Origin: Candidatus Eiseniibacteriota bacterium | GTDB lineage: Bacteria > Orphanbacterota > Orphanbacteria > Orphanbacterales > Orphanbacteraceae | DNA: 20,000 bases | NCBI GenBank assembly: GCA_043809585.1 | Contig: JBDROZ010000087.1 | Coordinates: 51,411 to 71,410, forward strand | Direction: 5' to 3' | Shown here: in pieces, positions 14,202-20,000 of the stretch | How the letters are laid out: every line of letters starts with the position of its first letter | How positions within the stretch are numbered: position 1 is the first letter of the stretch | Position numbers and translations under genes: made by a program | Notes under the pieces: model-generated | The model's database searches: none | What the model was told of the DNA's origin: nothing | What the model saw: only the letters and a program-made list of their open reading frames with translations

Positions 14202-15860
14202 CTAGTCCTCGTCCTTCTTCTTCTTCCCGAATCCGAACCAGTCCCTCCAGCCCTTCTTCTTCTGATCCGGCTCGGGGGCCGGCGGTTTCTTCGGAGGCTC
14301 GGGCCTCTTGCCCTGTGGCGGGCGGCCCTCGGCCGGACGGTCATCCCGTGATCGAGATCGCCGCTGGCGGTCGCCGCCCCCTCGGCCACCCCGATCGTCC
14401 CGGCGTTGCCGGTTACCGCTGCCTCGGCCTGCCTGGCCGTCTTGCCGCTGGCGGTCGCCTCCCCCCTGTCCGCCCCGGCCATCGCGATCGTCCCGGCGCG
14501 GGCGTTCACCGCCGCCCCGGCCTTCGCGATCGTCCCGGCGCTTGCGTTCACCGCCACCCCGGCCATCGCGGTCGTCCCGGCGTGGCCGGTCTCCTCCGCC
14601 CCGGCCATCGCGGTCGTCCCGGCGCGGGCGTTCACCGCCACCCCGGCCTTCGCGGTCGTCCCGGCGTGGCCGGTCGCCTCCGCCCCGGCCATCGCGGTCG
14701 TCCCGGCGTGGCCGGTCGCCTCCGCCCCGGCTATCGCGGTCGTCCCGGCGTGGCCGGTCTCCTCCACCCCGGCCTTCGCGATCGTCCCGGCGCGGGCGTT
14801 CGCCTCCGCCCCGACTCTCCCCCTCGTCCCGGCGGCCCCTACCCCGGTCTCGCCCGCCGCGGCGGCGCGGATCTTCGCGATCCCTGTCGCCCGCCTCACG
14901 GCGCGGCTCTTCCGCCCGGGCAGGTGCCGGCTCTTCCCGTCTTTCGGGCGCCGGCGCCGGCGTCTCGTCCACCGCAGGCGTTTCCTCCTCCTCCCGCCGG
15001 ATTCGCTTCCGCGGTTTCGGAGGCTCTTCCCCGCCCGGGGGGACGGGCCGGGTGATTCCGAGGGGCTCGAGAAAATCGAGTACACGCCGGTTGAAATCGG
15101 CCCCCTTCTCGAGGGGCGTCGCGTGACCGCTCCCGGAGAAGGTCACGACCCGGGCGCCGGCGATTCGCTCGCCCGCGCCCCGCGCGGTCTCCCGGTAATA
15201 AGGGTCTTCCTCTTCGCCGGAGATGATGAGCGTCGGGACCCGGATCTCGCCGAGCCGCTCGTAAATGTCCGGCAACGCCACCCGGGCGTTCTCCCCCCAA
15301 GGTCCGCCCTTATGAGAGAGGACGATACTCTCCACCGTGTAGTAGGCCGTCTCGTTCCGTTTCGTCGCCTCGAAGACGCCGAAGTCGAGCCACGACTTGA
15401 GGGCCTCCTTCGCGTCCCGCGGGTCGTAGACGACCCCCGGATCGAACCGGGGATGTTCACGGCCGGCGTAGAGAGAACCCTCCGGGATGGGGGCGCCCCA
15501 GACGCTCGGGTTCGCGAGGACGAGCGCCGACACCCGGGTCGGCCGCTGGAGGGCGAATTGAAGGGCGATGGAGGCGCCGAAGGAGTGTCCCACCAGGGTC
15601 GCCCGGGAGATTCGAAGGGCGTCCAGAAGAGTCCGCAATTGCAGGTCGTAGTTCTCGGCGGAGTAGGGGGTTTTGGGAGACGACGATTCGCCATGGCCCC
15701 GGAGGTCGTAACGGATGACCCGGGCCGCCCGGCCGAAGACCCGCCACTGGGGCGTCCAAGCTCGCATGTCCAGCGTGGAGCCGTGAATGAAAACGATCGG
15801 TTCGCCTTCGCCGGCGGTTTCGTACGCCGTGTCGACGTCCCAAGTGAGCATGGATGGCAT
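14202..15860 (-). CDS. Alpha/beta-fold hydrolase with long Arg/Gly/Asp-rich low-complexity C-terminal tail (552 aa)
   Basis: VFIHGS, YDLRGHGES, GHSFG nucleophile elbow, IISGEED, GSGH; RBS before ATG15860; promoter upstream and terminator downstream. Confidence 0.9.
   Translation of the reverse strand: MPSMLTWDVDTAYETAGEGEPIVFIHGSTLDMRAWTPQWRVFGRAARVIRYDLRGHGESSSPKTPYSAENYDLQLRTLLDALRISRATLVGHSFGASIALQFALQRPTRVSALVLANPSVWGAPIPEGSLYAGREHPRFDPGVVYDPRDAKEALKSWLDFGVFEATKRNETAYYTVESIVLSHKGGPWGENARVALPDIYERLGEIRVPTLIISGEEEDPYYRETARGAGERIAGARVVTFSGSGHATPLEKGADFNRRVLDFLEPLGITRPVPPGGEEPPKPRKRIRREEEETPAVDETPAPAPERREEPAPARAEEPRREAGDRDREDPRRRGGRDRGRGRRDEGESRGGGERPRRDDREGRGGGDRPRRDDRDSRGGGDRPRRDDRDGRGGGDRPRRDDREGRGGGERPRRDDRDGRGGGDRPRRDDRDGRGGGERKRRDDREGRGGGERPRRDDRDGRGGQGGGDRQRQDGQAGRGSGNRQRRDDRGGRGGGDRQRRSRSRDDRPAEGRPPQGKRPEPPKKPPAPEPDQKKKGWRDWFGFGKKKKDED
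14362..14834 (-). repeat. Coding 42-bp tandem repeat (RRDDR[D/E]GRGGG[D/E]RP), about 8 good and 3 degenerate units
   Basis: Visible in both DNA and translation. Confidence 0.9.
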
Positions 15861-15903
15861 GGAAGTTCCTTCCCCTCCCGCGGGAGTGATTCCGACCCGC
15901 AGC

Positions 15904-15932
15904 ATTATAGAGTCCCCCGGGGGAATGCGCAA
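15904..15932 (-). promoter_or_regulatory. Sigma70-type promoter TTGCGC-17-TATAAT
   Basis: Minus-strand consensus -10, 43 bp upstream of ATG15860; argues against the longer ORF start at 15932. Confidence 0.65.
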
Positions 15933-16028
15933 CGCCCTCTCCGCCGGGGCCCCCGATTCGCCTTGCCCTCGGGGCGCCGAACCTGCTACCTAGTTCGGTG
16001 GGCGCCCGGAGAAGAAAGGTCCGTCGTC

Positions 16029-16958
16029 TTGGCACGAACACCCCCGCCTCGCCCCTCGATCCGACCTCGCCGCCCCGTTTCGGGGGCGGCCCTCTTCGCT
16101 GTTTTCCTCTCGTGGATGCTCGCCGGCTGCGGGGAGAACGGCCCGGGGCCGGACGGCTCGGGGACCTTCGAGGCCGCCGAGATCCGTCTCGGGGCCGAAA
16201 TCCCGGGGCGCCTCGCGGAGCTCCGGGTCGACGAGGGGGACCGGGTTCGCGCCGGCGACACCCTCGCCGTCGTGGACCGGGAACTCCTCCTGATTCAGAA
16301 GGAGGAGGGGGAGGCCGGGCTCCGGGAAGCGGAGGCGCGGGCCCTCGTCGCCCGCCGGGAGCGGGAGCGGGCCGACGTCGCCCGGGAGGGGACGCGCGGC
16401 CGTTTCGAGCGGGCCCGGAACCTCCACGAGCGGGGGACCGCGACGGACCAGGCCTTCGATGATGCGGAGACCGCCGACCGGCTGGCGGGGGCGGCGGCGG
16501 CGAGCGCGAAGGCGGCGGAGGCGGCGGCGGCGAAAGGGGTGGACCGGGCCAGGATTCTGCTCCGGGCCGCCGACTATCGCCTCTCCCGGGCGTCGATCCT
16601 CTCCCCGTCGGACGGCGTGGTGACGATCCGCCACCGCCGCGCCGGAGAGCTGGTCTCGCCGGGCGTGCCTCTCCTCACCATCGCGGACCTCTCCGAGATG
16701 TGGCTGAAGGCGTACATCCCCGAGCCGGACCTCCCCCGGGCGAAGCTGGGAGCCCCGGTCGACCTCCGCGTGGACGGCCTCCCCGGAAAGGTCTACTCCG
16801 GCCGCGTCACCTGGATCGCGGCGGAAGCCGAGTTCACCCCCACCATGGCCCAGACCCGCGACGCGCGGGCCGATCTCGTCTACGCTCTGAAGATCACCGT
16901 TCCGAATCCGGAAGGGGAGCTGAAGATCGGGATGCCGGGCGACTTCTTCCTCCGTTGA
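16029..16958 (+). CDS. HlyD-family membrane fusion / periplasmic adaptor lipoprotein (YbhG-like)
   Basis: Lipobox LAGC; SGTFEA, VDEGDRVRAGDTLA and ILSPSDGVV lipoyl halves; coiled coil; AEAEFTP; LKIGMP. TTG16029 start approximate. Confidence 0.9.
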   Translation: MARTPPPRPSIRPRRPVSGAALFAVFLSWMLAGCGENGPGPDGSGTFEAAEIRLGAEIPGRLAELRVDEGDRVRAGDTLAVVDRELLLIQKEEGEAGLREAEARALVARRERERADVAREGTRGRFERARNLHERGTATDQAFDDAETADRLAGAAAASAKAAEAAAAKGVDRARILLRAADYRLSRASILSPSDGVVTIRHRRAGELVSPGVPLLTIADLSEMWLKAYIPEPDLPRAKLGAPVDLRVDGLPGKVYSGRVTWIAAEAEFTPTMAQTRDARADLVYALKITVPNPEGELKIGMPGDFFLR

Positions 16959-17887
16959 CCGGCGGAAGCCCCGCCGCCGTTCTCCTCCGGGACCTCCATA
17001 AGACCTTCGACGGCGTGGGCGCGCTTCGGGGTGTCGACCTCGAAGTCCGCCCCGGCGAGATGTTCGGCCTCATCGGGCCGGACGGCGGGGGGAAGACCAC
17101 GGCCCTCCGCGTTCTCTCCGGTCTCTGCCGGCCGGACCGGGGGGAGGTGCTCCTCCTCGGCCGGAACCCCTTCCGGGAGCGCCGGGAAACGCAACGCCTC
17201 CTCGGCTACATGCCCCAGCGCTTCTCCCTCTACCCGGATCTCTCGGTGAGCGAGAACCTCCGGTTCTTCGCCGGGCTCTTCGCGGTGCCTCGCCGGGAGA
17301 CGGAGAAGCGGGAGGGGGAACTCCTCGCCTTCGCCCGGCTCGAGCGGTTCCGGGGACGGAAGGCCCGGGACCTCTCGGGAGGGATGAAGCAGAAGCTCGC
17401 CCTCGCCTGCACCCTGATCCATGAACCCCGGGTTCTCGTTCTCGACGAGCCGACCACCGGCGTCGACCCCGTTTCGAGGGGGGAGTTCTGGGAGATCCTC
17501 CGGCGGTTGATCGGGGGGGGATCGTCGATCCTCGTCACCACGCCGTACATGGACGAGGCGGAGCGGTGCGACCGGATCGCCCTTCTCCACCGGGGCCTGG
17601 TCCTCGAGACCGGCGCCCCCGCCGAGGTGGCCGCCCGCTTTCCCCACCGTCTTTTCGAGGTGAGAGGCGCGCCGGTTTATCCCGCATCCCGGGCGCTCCG
17701 GGAGACGGGGGAGTTCCTCGAAGTCACCCCCTTCGGCGATTCCTTCCGGGTCACCGCCCGGGAAGAGGACGGCGGGGAGCGGATCGCGGCCGCCCTCGAT
17801 CGGCTCGGGTTCCGAGGTGCCCGCGTGGCGCCCGCACGCCCCGACGTGGAGGACCTCTTTCTCGCCCGGACGGAGGGGGGGGCGTGA
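16955..17887 (+). CDS. ABC transporter ATP-binding protein (YbhF N-half-like)
   Basis: Walker A GPDGGGKTT, YMPQ, LSGGMKQK, VLVLDEPT, TTPYMDEAE; TTGA overlap with the upstream stop. Confidence 0.92.
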   Translation: MTGGSPAAVLLRDLHKTFDGVGALRGVDLEVRPGEMFGLIGPDGGGKTTALRVLSGLCRPDRGEVLLLGRNPFRERRETQRLLGYMPQRFSLYPDLSVSENLRFFAGLFAVPRRETEKREGELLAFARLERFRGRKARDLSGGMKQKLALACTLIHEPRVLVLDEPTTGVDPVSRGEFWEILRRLIGGGSSILVTTPYMDEAERCDRIALLHRGLVLETGAPAEVAARFPHRLFEVRGAPVYPASRALRETGEFLEVTPFGDSFRVTAREEDGGERIAAALDRLGFRGARVAPARPDVEDLFLARTEGGA

Positions 17888-18621
17888 ACGCCGCCATCGA
17901 AGTGACCGGACTCCGGCGTTCCTTCGGGGACTTCATCGCCGTCGACGGCGTCACCTTCTCCGTCGGCCGGGGGGAGATCTTCGGCCTTCTCGGCGCGAAC
18001 GGCGCGGGGAAGTCGACGACGATCCGGATGCTCACGGGCCTCCTCGCTCCGAGCGCGGGGAAAGCGGTGGTCGCGGGGGTCGACATCGGGGCGGAGCCGG
18101 GGCGGGTGCAGGAGAAGATCGGCTACGTCCCCCAGCGTTTCTCCCTCTACGACGAGCTCCGGGTATCGGAGAACCTGGAGTTCATGGGCGGGGTCTACGG
18201 CCTGAAGGGGCGCCGTCTTCGGCAACGCATGGGGGAGACGGAGGAGCTCCTCGGTCTCGGGCCGGTGCGGCGGCGCCGGACGGGGCCCCTCGCCGCCGGT
18301 TGGAAGCAGCGGGTCTCCCTCGCCGCCGCCCTTCTCCACGAGCCGGAACTCCTCTTTCTCGACGAGCCGACGGCGGGGGTCGATCCGGCGGCGCGGCGCC
18401 GGCTTTGGGGCATCGTCTACGATCTCGCCGCGGCGGGGACGACGGTCCTCGTCACCACCCACTACATGGACGAGGCGGAATACATCCATCGTATCCTCAT
18501 CCTTCACGCCGGCCGGGTCGCCGCCGCGGGGACGCCGTCGGAATTGAAGGAATCGTTCCGGGCGGCCACGGTGGGGGACGCGTTTCTCGAGGTCGTCCGC
18601 CGCGGGGAGGAAGGGCGATGA
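17884..18621 (+). CDS. ABC transporter ATP-binding protein (YbhF C-half-like)
   Basis: GANGAGKST, degenerate signature LAAGWKQR, LLFLDEPT, TTHYMDEAE; GTGA overlap. Confidence 0.92.
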   Translation: MNAAIEVTGLRRSFGDFIAVDGVTFSVGRGEIFGLLGANGAGKSTTIRMLTGLLAPSAGKAVVAGVDIGAEPGRVQEKIGYVPQRFSLYDELRVSENLEFMGGVYGLKGRRLRQRMGETEELLGLGPVRRRRTGPLAAGWKQRVSLAAALLHEPELLFLDEPTAGVDPAARRRLWGIVYDLAAAGTTVLVTTHYMDEAEYIHRILILHAGRVAAAGTPSELKESFRAATVGDAFLEVVRRGEEGR

Positions 18622-19712
18622 GGCTCTTCGGGGTGGTCCCCGTTCTCCGCAAGGAGCTGATCCACATCCGGCGGGACCCGAAGACGGTGGCCGCCCTCTT
18701 CGCGATCCCCGTCGCCATGATCCTCCTCTACGGCTACGCCCTCGACCTGGACGTGAAGGATGTCGAGATCGCGGTTGCCGACCGTTCGGGAAGCGCCGAG
18801 TCCCGGGATCTGATCCGGCGTCTCACCGGTTCCGGCGTCTTTCGCGTGGTGGAGGAAGTGGCCCGCGGGGACGAGGCGGACCGCCTCTTCCGGGAGCGCA
18901 TGGCCAAGGGGGTCGTCGTGATCCCCCCGCGGTACGGCCGGGACGAGGGGGAGCCGGTGCAACTTCTTGTGGACGGGAGCGACCCGAACACGGCGAACAT
19001 CCTGATCGGGTATATGTCATCCGTCGTGAGCCGGGTCCGGCTCGAGAGGATCGCCCCCGGCCCGCCGCCGCTCAGCGCCGAGATCCGGGTCCTCTACAAC
19101 CCGGAGATGGAGAGTTCCCGCTTCATGGTGCCCGGTCTCGTGGCCGTGATCCTGATGATGGCTTCCGCCCTCCTCACGTCGGTCACCATCGCCCGGGAGA
19201 AGGAGACCGGTTCCCTGGAGCAGCTCCTCGTCTCGCCCGTGGGGGCGTCGGCGATCGTCGTGGGGAAAGTGATCCCGTACGTCTTTCTCGCCCTCCTCGA
19301 CGGGGCGGTGATCCTCGTCGCCGGGAGCCTCCTCTTCGGCGTCGGGATCGAGGGATCGATCGCGCTCCTCCTCCTCTTCGCCCTGGTCTACGTCTTTGCG
19401 AGCCTCTCCCTCGGCGTTCTGATTTCGACCGTCGCCGGCTCCCAGCAGGTGGCGATGACCGTCTCCCTCATGGTGACCATGCTCCCGACGGTGATGCTCT
19501 CCGGCTTCATCTTCAACGTGAGCAGCATGCCTGCGTACCTTCGGGCGATCAGCCGGATCATTCCGGCGACCTACTTCCTGAAGATCATCCGGGGGATCGT
19601 CCTCAAGGGCTCGGGGATCCGGGAGCTGGCCGAGCCGGCGTCGGCGCTCCTCGTCATCGGCGCCCTGCTTCTTACGGCATCGGTCGTCCTCTTTCGGCGG
19701 AGGGTCGAGTAG
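18618..19712 (+). CDS. ABC-2 type transporter permease (YbhS-like)
   Basis: KELIHIRRD, VDGSDPN, YNP, VPGL, AREKETGSLEQLLVSP, LSGFIF; ATGA overlap. Confidence 0.92.
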   Translation: MRLFGVVPVLRKELIHIRRDPKTVAALFAIPVAMILLYGYALDLDVKDVEIAVADRSGSAESRDLIRRLTGSGVFRVVEEVARGDEADRLFRERMAKGVVVIPPRYGRDEGEPVQLLVDGSDPNTANILIGYMSSVVSRVRLERIAPGPPPLSAEIRVLYNPEMESSRFMVPGLVAVILMMASALLTSVTIAREKETGSLEQLLVSPVGASAIVVGKVIPYVFLALLDGAVILVAGSLLFGVGIEGSIALLLLFALVYVFASLSLGVLISTVAGSQQVAMTVSLMVTMLPTVMLSGFIFNVSSMPAYLRAISRIIPATYFLKIIRGIVLKGSGIRELAEPASALLVIGALLLTASVVLFRRRVE

Positions 19713-19714
19713 GG

Positions 19715-20000
19715 ATGGGACGAATCCAGGCGCTCGTAAGGAAGGAGTTCCGAGTCGTCGTCCGGAGCCGTCAGATGCTCGGCGTCCTCTTCGTCGCCCC
19801 CTTGGTCCAACTCCTCGTGCTCGGGTACGCGGTGACCACGGAAGTGAAGCACGTCCGCCTCGTCGCGCGGGACCTGGACGGGTCCCCGTGGAGCCGGGAG
19901 ACGGTCCGCGCCTTCGAGAGGACCGGGCGGTTCGATTTTCTCGGGTACTTGGATCGCCGGGAGGATGCCCTCCTCGCCCTCGACGCCGGGCGGGCGGATG
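19715..20000 (+). CDS. Second ABC-2 type permease (YbhR-like), truncated by the window end
   Basis: Manual translation MGRIQALVRKEFRVVVRSRQMLGVLFVAPLVQLLVLGYAVTTEV..., paralogous to the N-terminus of the preceding permease; starts 2 bp after its stop. Confidence 0.88.
   Translation, partial: MGRIQALVRKEFRVVVRSRQMLGVLFVAPLVQLLVLGYAVTTEVKHVRLVARDLDGSPWSRETVRAFERTGRFDFLGYLDRREDALLALDAGRAD

Noticed and set aside
14406-16028. Apparent N-terminal PAIAVVPA-repeat extension fused to the HlyD protein (850-aa ORF)
   Set aside because: Antisense reading of the hydrolase and its repeat; the HlyD lipoprotein signal begins near 16029.

Overview
GC-rich bacterial chromosomal window, probably from an uncultured FCB-group lineage such as Ca. 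Eisenbacteria/Latescibacterota/Krumholzibacteriota. That placement is an inference from a FlgD-Ig C-terminal domain and a C-terminal TWGxIKALFR tail. Gene content in order: a 3-TM membrane protein with Oxa1/DUF106-like topology; an M28 peptidase with an inserted YCF48-like propeller and FlgD-Ig tail; a circularly permuted cofactor-independent phosphoglycerate mutase (gpmI); two convergent paralogous copies of a [membrane partner + GT-C glycosyltransferase] module; an M1 metallopeptidase; a frameshifted secreted protein inside nested REP-like inverted repeats; a structured non-coding element resembling an IS110 left end with no transposase; an alpha/beta hydrolase with a long RGG/RDD repeat tail; and a YbhGFSR-like ABC exporter operon running off the window end. 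At least five families of short palindromic/MITE-like repeats are present, one of them in frame inside a protein. No rRNA, tRNA or CRISPR array was seen. All calls come from reading the sequence, with no database searches.
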